A DNA stretch of 64,000 nt from assembly GCA_951812955.1 (NCBI GenBank), contig OX638340.1:352001-416000 (forward strand). The letters run 5' to 3'. A model generated the notes under the pieces. The model had not been told where the DNA came from. It ran no database searches and saw only the letters and a program-made list of their open reading frames with translations. The translations under genes and the position numbers were made by a program. Position 1 is the stretch's first letter. Each line of letters starts with the position of its first letter. Origin of the DNA: an uncultured Gemmatimonadota bacterium (lineage in GTDB: Bacteria; JAAXHH01). Below are positions 9,525 through 18,379 of this stretch, piece by piece.

Positions 9525-11312
9525 TTGAAAGAAGCCGACTCGTATATGAACAGGGATAAAACAGACCGTCAGTCAAGTGTCCGCTACGAAGCGAACGAGC
9601 GTCCACCGCTCCTCTTGGCCATCGGGCTCGGCCTGCAGATCGCCCTGCTCACGATCGGAGGTGTGGTCCTGACCGTAGCCATCGTGGGCCGGGCCGGCGG
9701 CGCGACCGAGAGCTACCTGACCTGGGGTGTTTTCGCTGCCGCGGCAATTAGCGGAACGACTACCATCATACAGGCGCTGCGTATCGGGCGCCTGGGAGCA
9801 GGCTACGTCCTCATGATGGGAACTTCCGGCAGCTTTATCGCGATCTGCATTTCGGCACTCGCGCAGGGCGGTCCGGCACTGATGGCGACGCTCATCATCA
9901 TTTCTTCGCTATTCCAGTTTTTATTGTCAGCCCGTCTCTCCCTGCTCCGGAGAATACTGACGCCAGCGGTTTCAGGTACGGTCATCATGCTGATATCGGT
10001 CACGGTGATGCCCATAGCGTTCAACATGCTGGGAGCGGTCGACGAAGGGATGTCGACTTCAGCCGCACCGGTCACGGCAATGGCCACCGTGCTGGTTACC
10101 ATCGGAATCGCGTTGAAGGCGAGATCATCCGTGCGCCTCTGGGCGCCCGTGATCGGCGTGGCCGCGGGATCCATGGTGGGGGGTTACTTCGGCCTGTATG
10201 ACACGGACCGCGTGCTGGCTGCTTCGTGGGTCGGACTTCCGGAAGGCTACTGGCCGGGAATTGATATCTCTTTTGGTCCGGCGTTCTGGGCACTGCTGCC
10301 CGCCTTCATGTTCGTAACGCTGGTCGGCGCAGTTGAAACGATTGGTGATTCGGTCGCGATCCAGCGCGTATCATGGCGCCGGCCGCAGGCAGTGGATTAC
10401 CGGGCCGTGCAGGGCGCGGTGGCTGCGGACGGGCTGGGTAATCTCCTATCCGGCCTGATGGGCACGGTACCCAATACGACTTATTCCACGAGTATCGCGG
10501 TGACCGAGTTGACCGGTGTGGCATCCCGCATGGTGGGTGCGGTCGTGGGGATGGCATTCATCCTGGTCGCGTTTATGCCCAAGTTTCTGGCGGTAGTCCT
10601 CGCCATTCCCGATCCCGTTGCCGGAGGATTCCTGCTGGTCTTGCTTTCCATGCTCTTCGTCATAGGTATGAAGCTGGTCGTGCAGGATGGCATCGACTTC
10701 AGGAAGGGACTTGTAGTGGGTGTAGGGTTCTGGATCGGCGTGGGGTTTCAGAATGACGCGATATTTCCCGCGATGCTCTCCGACTTCGCAGGTGGACTGC
10801 TGCGGAACGGAATGACCGCAGGCGGATTGGCGGCAATTTTGATGACCCTCTTCCTGGAGTTGACTTCACCCCGCCGTCATCGCATGGAGACCGACTTCGA
10901 TCTGGCGGCGCTTACGAAGATACGGGCGTTTTTGGAAGCTTTCGCCTCAAGGCAGGGATGGGATCGTGAAACGGCGGACCGGCTCATAGCTGCCAGCGAA
11001 GAAACACTGTTGACACTGATTCCACAGGATGACGAAACCAGTCAGCGGCGGCGGTTGCTTATGGTCGCTCACCGCGAAGGCGAATGCGCGATCCTCGAAC
11101 TTGTCGCGGCGACCGGAGAGGGAAACCTGCAGGACAGGATCGAGCTGCTTGGCGACGAAAGAGCGGTGGAAACACCCGAGGAAATGGAAGTTTCGCTGCG
11201 TCTCTTGAGGCACTTTGCTTCGTCGGTACACCACCAGCAGTACCACGACACCGACATCATCACCCTTCAGGTGGACGTCCCTAAATCCACCCAAGCGACC
11301 GAAGCGGATTAA
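9525..11312 (+). CDS. NCS2 (xanthine/uracil/purine) family permease with ~150-aa C-terminal cytoplasmic extension
   Basis: 595-aa ORF; about 12 TM segments with NCS2-like motifs ('GVFAAAAISGTTTIIQA', 'TTYSTSIAVTELTG'), followed by a hydrophilic tail (aa ~440-595) unlike canonical NCS2 proteins. Confidence 0.65.
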   Translation: MKEADSYMNRDKTDRQSSVRYEANERPPLLLAIGLGLQIALLTIGGVVLTVAIVGRAGGATESYLTWGVFAAAAISGTTTIIQALRIGRLGAGYVLMMGTSGSFIAICISALAQGGPALMATLIIISSLFQFLLSARLSLLRRILTPAVSGTVIMLISVTVMPIAFNMLGAVDEGMSTSAAPVTAMATVLVTIGIALKARSSVRLWAPVIGVAAGSMVGGYFGLYDTDRVLAASWVGLPEGYWPGIDISFGPAFWALLPAFMFVTLVGAVETIGDSVAIQRVSWRRPQAVDYRAVQGAVAADGLGNLLSGLMGTVPNTTYSTSIAVTELTGVASRMVGAVVGMAFILVAFMPKFLAVVLAIPDPVAGGFLLVLLSMLFVIGMKLVVQDGIDFRKGLVVGVGFWIGVGFQNDAIFPAMLSDFAGGLLRNGMTAGGLAAILMTLFLELTSPRRHRMETDFDLAALTKIRAFLEAFASRQGWDRETADRLIAASEETLLTLIPQDDETSQRRRLLMVAHREGECAILELVAATGEGNLQDRIELLGDERAVETPEEMEVSLRLLRHFASSVHHQQYHDTDIITLQVDVPKSTQATEAD

Positions 11313-11400
11313 GCTCCCGCCTGCCCCGGCTGCCTACCTGGCCAGATTCTCCGCGCCTTACGACCTAAGCCGATTAAGCTCCCGCCTGCCCCGACTGCCT
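11296..11400. repeat. Two ~37-bp direct repeats (gattaagctcccgcctgcccc[g/a]gctgcctacctggcc) about 30 bp apart in a convergent intergenic region
   Basis: Copy 1 at 11296-11333 and copy 2 at 11364-11400, one mismatch; lies between the 3' ends of the permease (+) and PhyH (-) genes. Confidence 0.7.
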
Positions 11401-11418
11401 ACCTGGCCGGACGGCTGC

Positions 11419-12201
11419 CTAGCCAGCTGGAGACTCCGCTCCTTCTCCTGCCACGATTACTTCGGGTCTGAAGGACTTGAACGGACTGTTTTTCGAAGAT
11501 CTGCAGTGCGTGGAAGCGTAATGGTACTGCAGCGCCCTGCGGCGCCGATCGCTTTTGTTCGGCGGCGTGTAGTGGTAGGTTTCTCCGTGAAATACGAGGG
11601 CGTCGCCGGCCTTCATGTTGCAGGCGATCGCGTTGTTCTGCGCAGGTGCCGATGACAATCCGTAATCGTCTGCCACGCCACCGTGTTCCCCGATGCCTTC
11701 TCGGTGCGAACCGGGTATGACATGCATGCATCCGTTTTCGACATCGGTATCGTCGAGAGCGATCCAGAACCCGAAGACGTCGTTGGGCTCCAATCGGAAA
11801 TATGCGTTGTCCTGGTGCCAGACTTTCTGACCGCCGAACCGGGGCGGCTTCATCAAAAGCATGCTTTGAAACAGGGCGACATCCTGGCCAATCAGTTCGA
11901 CGGCGATACCCACCATGACGGGATGGTGGGCCAGGGACCGGAACAACTCGTTGTGCAAGGTCATCCTGAAGAGCTTCCTCACGCCGAGTTCCACGCTTTC
12001 TGGCTCTACCGACCCCCGTCGGACGGCGGGTTCGATCTGCACCAGTTCCTCCGGTACGTCCGGGTACCGGTCCACGATCGCGGTGATCTCCCGCTGTATG
12101 GACTTGACTTCGTCGGCTGAAAGAAACTCCTCCGCGACGAAGTACCCGTCTCGTTCAAATGCGGCTTTATGTGTTTCTGACAACACCGTCCCTGTAGTCA
12201 T
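11419..12201 (-). CDS. PhyH-family Fe(II)/2OG dioxygenase
   Basis: 260-aa ORF; 'WHQDNAYF' H-x-D, 'GCMHVIPGSH', C-terminal 'HGETYHYTPPN'. Third PhyH paralogue. Confidence 0.75.
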   Translation of the reverse strand: MTTGTVLSETHKAAFERDGYFVAEEFLSADEVKSIQREITAIVDRYPDVPEELVQIEPAVRRGSVEPESVELGVRKLFRMTLHNELFRSLAHHPVMVGIAVELIGQDVALFQSMLLMKPPRFGGQKVWHQDNAYFRLEPNDVFGFWIALDDTDVENGCMHVIPGSHREGIGEHGGVADDYGLSSAPAQNNAIACNMKAGDALVFHGETYHYTPPNKSDRRRRALQYHYASTHCRSSKNSPFKSFRPEVIVAGEGAESPAG

Positions 12202-12204
12202 CTC

Positions 12205-13218
12205 TCAGTCCTTCCAGTTGAATACGACCCCCATCATGTTCTTCTCCCGCCGGAATATCATCTCGTAGGCTTCGTTGATGCGGGTAAAGTGCATTCTATG
12301 GGTTACCAGGCGTTTCGGTTCCAGTTTGCCGCCGCGCATGAGGTCCAGCGTGTAGCGGCACATGTTCGTCCATCCCCTCCGGTCGCCCCGTTCCGATGGG
12401 TACAGGTAACCGGTCCGCCCGTTTATGGCAATCAGGGAGATCCCCTTGAAATAGAACCATTCCATGTCCAGCGGGTTGAAATCCAGCGGCGGCTCGCCCC
12501 GTCCCGGCAGGGCCACGATCCCTACCCGCCCGTTGTCGCGCACGATCTGGCACGAAGCGCGAAGGGCGGGCCATGGGTTGGCTGTGAGAATGACCAGGTC
12601 GATCCCCTCGCCACCGGTGAAGTCGTCCAGCTTCTCGTCGAGATCGGGATCGTTGTACAGGAAGGTCGCGTCCGCTCCCATGCGCTTGGCCATTTCCATG
12701 CGGACCGGGCTGTTCGCGATGCCGATCGTGCGGGCGCCGAGGCAGGGCCCGAGTCCTACGGCGCCGAGTCCGAGAACGCCGAGGCCGACAACGGCCACGT
12801 TCTCGCCAGGCTGGAACTGCGACTTGTAATAGCACTGGGCGCTCAATGTGTACAGGTGGCCGTATACGGCGTCCTCGTCATGCACGCCGTCAGGTACCTT
12901 CACGAGTACCTCGTCGTCCCTTGCGATGAACTCGGACTGGTGGGGGTAACGGGATATCACCCGGTCGCCCACGGCGAAATCCGTCACCGCCTCTCCCACG
13001 CCCCGGATGACGCCCAGATTGCTGTCTCCCACCCATCGCGGAAAATCGGGTGCGCCCGGGACCTGCTCCGCGCCCTCATAGTTTCCCCGGTCCGTACCGA
13101 TCTTGAGGGCGGAAATCACCGTTTCGACCCATAGTTCGTGGGGTCCCAGGTTATCCGTGTCCAGCGGATGTTCTTCGATACGAAGATCCCGCGGACCATG
13201 CAGCACGGCGATTTTCAT
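12205..13218 (-). CDS. Zinc-dependent alcohol dehydrogenase (MDR superfamily; threonine/sorbitol-dehydrogenase-like)
   Basis: ORF 12205..13275; start set at internal ATG 13218 ('MKIAVLHG') with GGAG upstream. 'GVLGLGAVGLG' Rossmann glycine motif and MDR catalytic domain. Confidence 0.75.
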   Translation of the reverse strand: MKIAVLHGPRDLRIEEHPLDTDNLGPHELWVETVISALKIGTDRGNYEGAEQVPGAPDFPRWVGDSNLGVIRGVGEAVTDFAVGDRVISRYPHQSEFIARDDEVLVKVPDGVHDEDAVYGHLYTLSAQCYYKSQFQPGENVAVVGLGVLGLGAVGLGPCLGARTIGIANSPVRMEMAKRMGADATFLYNDPDLDEKLDDFTGGEGIDLVILTANPWPALRASCQIVRDNGRVGIVALPGRGEPPLDFNPLDMEWFYFKGISLIAINGRTGYLYPSERGDRRGWTNMCRYTLDLMRGGKLEPKRLVTHRMHFTRINEAYEMIFRREKNMMGVVFNWKD

Positions 13219-13316
13219 GGATTCGGCTCCGGTTTTTTCGTGCGTGTGAGTTCTATCTTCTTCTTGTCCGATCAATTCCGATCAGGTCCTGCGTTTCACA
13301 AAAGTACCGGACCGCG

Positions 13317-14534
13317 TCAGGCCGACAGGGCGGAAAGGCAGCGGTCGTAGACTTCGAACCGCTCGCCTTCGGTTTCCTCCGGGTCTACCATCTTAAGCCA
13401 CATAGCACTGCCGGGCTTTGCCGAGCTGTAGGAACGATGGCTTCCGATGACGGAGGGATCCTCGCCGTGCCAGGCGATCTCTCCCTCCTGCATGTAGATG
13501 AATTTCCCCCGGTACCGGTCCACGATGTCCTTTCTGTGGTCGCGGTAGAACAGGCCCTGCTCGCAGGCCGTGCGCCTCAGGGTATGAATCAGTTCGGGCG
13601 CTTCGTCGATGTCCGAGTCGAAGTGCGCAACCGGCGCCTGAACGTCGCTTACGAAGTCGATTTCATCCAGGTCAACCGTACCGAAACCCCTCTGCGCGGC
13701 CACCAGCAGGTGATTGCGGTCGCGGCGGAAGGGCGGTGAGGGCCAGTCGGATGCGGGGTCGTGGCCCATCAGGAAAGCGCCGCAGGCGTCGGTGGCCGTG
13801 ATCTGGTCTCCCGCGATCAGCACGTCGCCAACGCGGCCTTCGCCACCCCATTCCCTGCCCTTCTGCCCCACGAGCCCATCGATGATATTCAGGCAGGGAT
13901 CCGTAATCATCGCGAGGTCGGGGAGGACGTAGGAAAGCCTTATGGCGTGGTGGAAGTAGGTGCGTACCCGTCCCTCCGGGCGAACGATGGGTGGTAGCCC
14001 GAAGAGGTTCTTCATGCAGAGCGTGATGCCCATGAAAAGGTGATTCTTCATCTTCGCCACGGAGATCACCTCGTCCGCGTCCTCGAACACGCCGCTCAGG
14101 ACATACCGGTCGAACATGTTTCCGCCACCGGGCACCTCGTATACAGCCCAGGGCGGACGGTTGGAATCATCGTACCTCACGTTGAACTCGCGGAGGTGAT
14201 GGACGTAATTGAACTCGTCCGGCGTGAGTTTATCCGTGGCGTAGGGATTGGTGTCCGTCGCGTAGATTTCCGCATCGGTATGTTCCCGAAGCAACTGAAG
14301 CACGGCCCTGCAGACCGCGTCGTCCACCAGTTCCTGTCGGCGGCCCTTGAACCGGACGACGCTGTCCATGGGCTTCATCATGTTGAACTTGATGACGATC
14401 TTCCTGGCCTTTTCTATGCGCGCCCAGGACTCCTTTAGCGGTTCGGTGATGCGTCTCAGCGTCTCGTAGACGCCCTGATAGTCCGTCTGATGGTCGCAGG
14501 ACGTTGCACGAACGGAGTATTGCTTTACCGGCAT
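13317..14534 (-). CDS. DUF362-family protein
   Basis: 405-aa ORF with the 'KMKNHLFMGITLCMKNLFG' core typical of DUF362 proteins. Confidence 0.5.
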   Translation of the reverse strand: MPVKQYSVRATSCDHQTDYQGVYETLRRITEPLKESWARIEKARKIVIKFNMMKPMDSVVRFKGRRQELVDDAVCRAVLQLLREHTDAEIYATDTNPYATDKLTPDEFNYVHHLREFNVRYDDSNRPPWAVYEVPGGGNMFDRYVLSGVFEDADEVISVAKMKNHLFMGITLCMKNLFGLPPIVRPEGRVRTYFHHAIRLSYVLPDLAMITDPCLNIIDGLVGQKGREWGGEGRVGDVLIAGDQITATDACGAFLMGHDPASDWPSPPFRRDRNHLLVAAQRGFGTVDLDEIDFVSDVQAPVAHFDSDIDEAPELIHTLRRTACEQGLFYRDHRKDIVDRYRGKFIYMQEGEIAWHGEDPSVIGSHRSYSSAKPGSAMWLKMVDPEETEGERFEVYDRCLSALSA

Positions 14535-14826
14535 GTCGAGGTCTCCGGAATGACAGTGAAGGCAAAGGAACAGGGAACCTGATGCAATATATAACCGGCG
14601 GCATCAGCCACAAGTGTAAACACCGGGCCGATCCGTGCGCCGAAACAACCGCAGCGGTCGAATTCGAATGTGTCGGTTATTTTGGTTGTCTAATTTCAAT
14701 TGAAAGGTCATATTGAACGACCCCTTTATCCTGTGATTCCCTTTCGGCGAATCCGATACGCTACCGGCAACGCGCCGCAACCGCGGTAAAACGACGGGCC
14801 TGGCCGAGTGCCGAGGCACCAGGAAA

Positions 14827-15414
14827 GTGAATGCGGACTTGAACGTTCTTCGGAAATTCATACGGTTCGTGGACGCGCTCAACGAACGTGTCGGCACGAT
14901 CGTTTCCTGGTTCACGACCTTGCTCGTGTTAACAGTCTGTCTCGACGTTTTTACCCGGTATTTCCTGCGCAGCAGCAGCGTGGCGGTGCAGGAACTGGAG
15001 TGGCATTTCTTCGCGGTGATCTTCCTGCTTGCCTCGGCCTGGGCCCTCAAGCACAACAAGCACGTCCGCGTAGACGTGCTTTACATGAATTTCACGCCCA
15101 GAAACCAGGCCCTCGTCAACCTGATCGGCAGCTTGCTGTTTCTGCTTCCCTTCGCGGTAATCGCCATCTGGAGTTCCCAGAATTTCGTCCTGAATTCCTT
15201 CCGGATAGGGGAGGTTTCACCCGATCCAGGGGGACTGCCTGCCCGCTATATACTGAAAGCCATGATCCCCATAGGATTTTCGCTGATACTCCTGCAGGGG
15301 CTGGCCATGGCGGCACGTTCCTTCGACCGGTTCATTCACGACGGAGAAGACCCCATGGGCGAAAGCGATGAATCTCCCCCTAAGGGCCTTTCAGCCAGGG
15401 AGGACACGGTTTGA
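14827..15414 (+). CDS. dctQ: TRAP transporter small permease subunit (DctQ family)
   Basis: 195-aa ORF with 4 TM helices in the DctQ pattern; its stop overlaps the start of the large subunit gene (TTGA). Confidence 0.75.
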   Translation: MNADLNVLRKFIRFVDALNERVGTIVSWFTTLLVLTVCLDVFTRYFLRSSSVAVQELEWHFFAVIFLLASAWALKHNKHVRVDVLYMNFTPRNQALVNLIGSLLFLLPFAVIAIWSSQNFVLNSFRIGEVSPDPGGLPARYILKAMIPIGFSLILLQGLAMAARSFDRFIHDGEDPMGESDESPPKGLSAREDTV

Positions 15415-16724
15415 CCGAAGCGATGCCGCTCATCCTCTTTGCGGTCCTGTTCCTGCTGCTCCTGATGGGGTATCCCGTCGCCTTCACCCTCGGCGGCGTG
15501 TCCGTATTGCTCGGACTGATGACCTTCGGCGCGGATTTCTTCAACCTGCTGCCCCTACGCATCTGGGGAGTGATGACGAATTACGTGCTCCTCGCCGTTC
15601 CCCTGTTCGTCTATATGGGCGTCATGCTGGAAAAATCAGGCCTCGCGGAGGACATGCTGGAGACCATGGCCCTGCTATTCGGCCGCCTGCGCGGCGGTCT
15701 TGCCGTAGCGGTCGTGGTCGTTGGCGCGCTGCTGGGCGCATCGACGGGTATTGTGGGAGCGACGGTCGTGACCATGGGCCTTCTCAGCCTGCCTACCATG
15801 CTGAGGAGGGGTTACAGTCCACCCGTGGCCACGGGGACGATCGCCGCGTCGGGTACGCTCGGCCAGATCATCCCGCCCAGCGTGGTGCTCGTGCTGCTCG
15901 GAAGCATCCTCAACGTGTCGGTCGGAGATATGTTCATCGGCGCCGTCATTCCTGGCGCGATTCTCGTGGGCATGTACCTGGTATGGCTTGCCATCGTGGC
16001 CATATTCAAACCGGAGGAAGCCCCGGCCATGCCGTCCGAGGAACTGGCCGCGTTCCGGGAAAAGGGGATGTTCAGAAAGATCATCCGGGCATTTCTCCTT
16101 CCCCTGGGCCTGATGACCGTCGTGCTGGGATCCATCTTTGCGGGCGTCACCTCGCCGACGGAAGCGGCTGCCGTGGGCGCGCTAGGCGCGACGCTCCTCA
16201 CCGTCTTCCAGGGCAAGTTCTCCTATGAAACACTGAAGGCGGTCATGAAGGAGTGCACGCATATCACGTGCATGGTTTTCTTCGTACTCGTAGGCGCCGA
16301 AGCCTTCGGACTGGTTTTTCGGGGAATGAGAGGCGATGCGTTCATGACCGCGCTGATCCTGGACGCGAACCTGAGTACCTACGCCTTCATGGCGCTGGTC
16401 CTGGTCATGATCTTCATTGCCGGTTTCTTCATCGATTTCATCCAGATCACCTACATCATCGTCCCGGTCGTCACGCCTATCTTCATCGTTTTGGGGGTCG
16501 ACCTGCTCTGGCTCGGCATCCTGATCGCGGTGAACCTGCAGACGTCCTTTCTCACGCCACCTTTTGGATTCTCCCTATTCTACCTGAAAGGCGTGGCGCC
16601 GCCCGAAGTGCAGACCCGGCATATCTACAGTGGTATTCTACCCTTTGTCGTGATACAACTCATCTGCCTGGGTTTGCTGGTCTACACCCCCGCGCTCGCA
16701 ACGTGGCTGCCCAGCCTGCGCTAG
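15411..16724 (+). CDS. dctM: TRAP transporter large permease subunit (DctM family)
   Basis: 437-aa ORF, ~12 TM helices, strong DctM-like sequence ('GYPVAFTLGGVSVLLGL', 'GQIIPPSVVLVLLG'). TTG at 15411 or ATG at 15420 are both possible starts. Confidence 0.85.
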   Translation: MTEAMPLILFAVLFLLLLMGYPVAFTLGGVSVLLGLMTFGADFFNLLPLRIWGVMTNYVLLAVPLFVYMGVMLEKSGLAEDMLETMALLFGRLRGGLAVAVVVVGALLGASTGIVGATVVTMGLLSLPTMLRRGYSPPVATGTIAASGTLGQIIPPSVVLVLLGSILNVSVGDMFIGAVIPGAILVGMYLVWLAIVAIFKPEEAPAMPSEELAAFREKGMFRKIIRAFLLPLGLMTVVLGSIFAGVTSPTEAAAVGALGATLLTVFQGKFSYETLKAVMKECTHITCMVFFVLVGAEAFGLVFRGMRGDAFMTALILDANLSTYAFMALVLVMIFIAGFFIDFIQITYIIVPVVTPIFIVLGVDLLWLGILIAVNLQTSFLTPPFGFSLFYLKGVAPPEVQTRHIYSGILPFVVIQLICLGLLVYTPALATWLPSLR

Positions 16725-16730
16725 ATGAGG

Positions 16731-18374
16731 TTAATACCCGATCGCGCAACCGTCCTTACGAGGTTCCGACGCGCCGTGCAGCTTGCCTGTTTCCGGGTCG
16801 ATCCGGATCGCCTGGTAACCGCCGTACCCGTGGGAAGACCGGGATATTCGATGGCCCTTCTCCACAAGCCCGCGGAAGGCGTCCTCGCCGATGCCTTCTT
16901 CCACGTTGACCCGGCCTCCACCAGCCTCCATGGGCGTACCCGTAGGTTCGGCCGAACCGAAGTGTTGAAAACGTGGCGCGTCACCCGCCTCCTGCACGTC
17001 CATACCGAAATCGATCATGTTGCAGAGTACCTGAACATGTCCCTGCGGCTGCATGGCGCCGCCCATCAAGCCGAAGGTAAGCCAGGGCTTCCCGTTCCGG
17101 GTAACCATGGCCGGGATGATGGTATGGAAGGGGCGCTTGTGTGGAACAAGGGCGTTGCGGTGCGCGGGATCGAGCGAGAAGAGCTGACCCCGGTTCTGAA
17201 TCGGAAACCCCGTACGCTCCGGAACGATGCCTGATCCGAATCCGTGAAAAATGCTCTGGATGAAAGAGACGGCGTTGCGGTCTTTGTCTACGACCGTCAT
17301 GTAGGCCGTATCCCCGTGCTGCAGCACGGGATCTCCGGCCGGTACGTCGATCGCCGCGCGGCGGGGATCGATGCGTTCGCGCTGCCTGTCGGCGTAGGCC
17401 TTTGATAGCAGGGCCTCGACGGGAACATCCGCGAAGGATGGGTCGGCATAGTACTCCGCCCGGTCCGCATAGGCGAGTTTCTTGGCCTCGATCTGCAGGT
17501 GCAGTGTGTCCGCCGTTAGGCATCCCGTTTCGGCGAGGTCGTAACCTTCCAGCATATTGAGCATCTGCAGGGCCGCAATACCCTGCCCGCTCGGCGGCAG
17601 TTCCCAGACGGTGTGCCCCCGGTATTCGGCGCACACGGGATCGTCCCAGGTCGACGCGTGATCCCTGAAGTCATCGAGGCTGAACAGTCCTCCGACGGTC
17701 TTTGAACAGGCCACGATGGCTTCGGCGATTTCGCCGTGGTAGAACGCGTCGCGACCTCCTTCGGCCAGGATGCGGTAGGATCGTCCCAGGTCCGGGTTCC
17801 TGAAATCGGCGCCGGGTTCGGGCGCCTTTCCTCCGGGCAGGTAGACCCTTGCGGACTCGGGCCAGGGGCTCAGCAGTGGCATGGATCCAGTCCAGTCCCG
17901 CGCGATGATGTCCGAAACCGGGAACCCGTTCTCCGCGTACCAGATAGCAGGTTCCAGTACCTGTCCGAGGGACATCGTGCCGAAGCGATCGAGGAGGCAG
18001 TTCCAGCCGTCTACGCAACCGGGTACGGACCAGCTCAGCGGCCCGGAACCCGGGATGTATTCGTGTCCCTGGCCCCGGTAGTATGCGATCGACGCCCCGT
18101 AGGGCGCCCTGCCGCTCGCGTTGAGTCCGGTCAACCTGTCGCTTCCCGCCTCGCTGACAATGGCGAATAGATCGCCGCCGATGCCGCAGGACATGGGTTC
18201 CACCACACCGAGTACCGCGTTGACGGCGATGGCGGCATCTATGGCGTTGCCGCCCGCTTTGAGGATGTCAATGCCCGCCTGGGCCGCCAGCGGCTGGCTC
18301 GTGGCCACCATGCCTCTGGGCGCTATGACGACCGAGCGTCGCGAGGCTCGGTATTCGTAGGGATCATATCGCAT
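16731..18374 (-). CDS. ggt: Gamma-glutamyltranspeptidase
   Basis: 547-aa ORF; autoprocessing nucleophile region 'GDTAYMTVVDKDRNAVSF' and C-terminal 'GGAMQPQ' small-subunit signature. Confidence 0.85.
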   Translation of the reverse strand: MRYDPYEYRASRRSVVIAPRGMVATSQPLAAQAGIDILKAGGNAIDAAIAVNAVLGVVEPMSCGIGGDLFAIVSEAGSDRLTGLNASGRAPYGASIAYYRGQGHEYIPGSGPLSWSVPGCVDGWNCLLDRFGTMSLGQVLEPAIWYAENGFPVSDIIARDWTGSMPLLSPWPESARVYLPGGKAPEPGADFRNPDLGRSYRILAEGGRDAFYHGEIAEAIVACSKTVGGLFSLDDFRDHASTWDDPVCAEYRGHTVWELPPSGQGIAALQMLNMLEGYDLAETGCLTADTLHLQIEAKKLAYADRAEYYADPSFADVPVEALLSKAYADRQRERIDPRRAAIDVPAGDPVLQHGDTAYMTVVDKDRNAVSFIQSIFHGFGSGIVPERTGFPIQNRGQLFSLDPAHRNALVPHKRPFHTIIPAMVTRNGKPWLTFGLMGGAMQPQGHVQVLCNMIDFGMDVQEAGDAPRFQHFGSAEPTGTPMEAGGGRVNVEEGIGEDAFRGLVEKGHRISRSSHGYGGYQAIRIDPETGKLHGASEPRKDGCAIGY

Positions 18375-18379
18375 GGTCT

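Noticed and set aside
12289-13134. 281-aa plus-strand ORF antisense to the MDR dehydrogenase
   Set aside because: Shadow ORF; the opposite-strand gene has clear Rossmann and Zn-ADH motifs.
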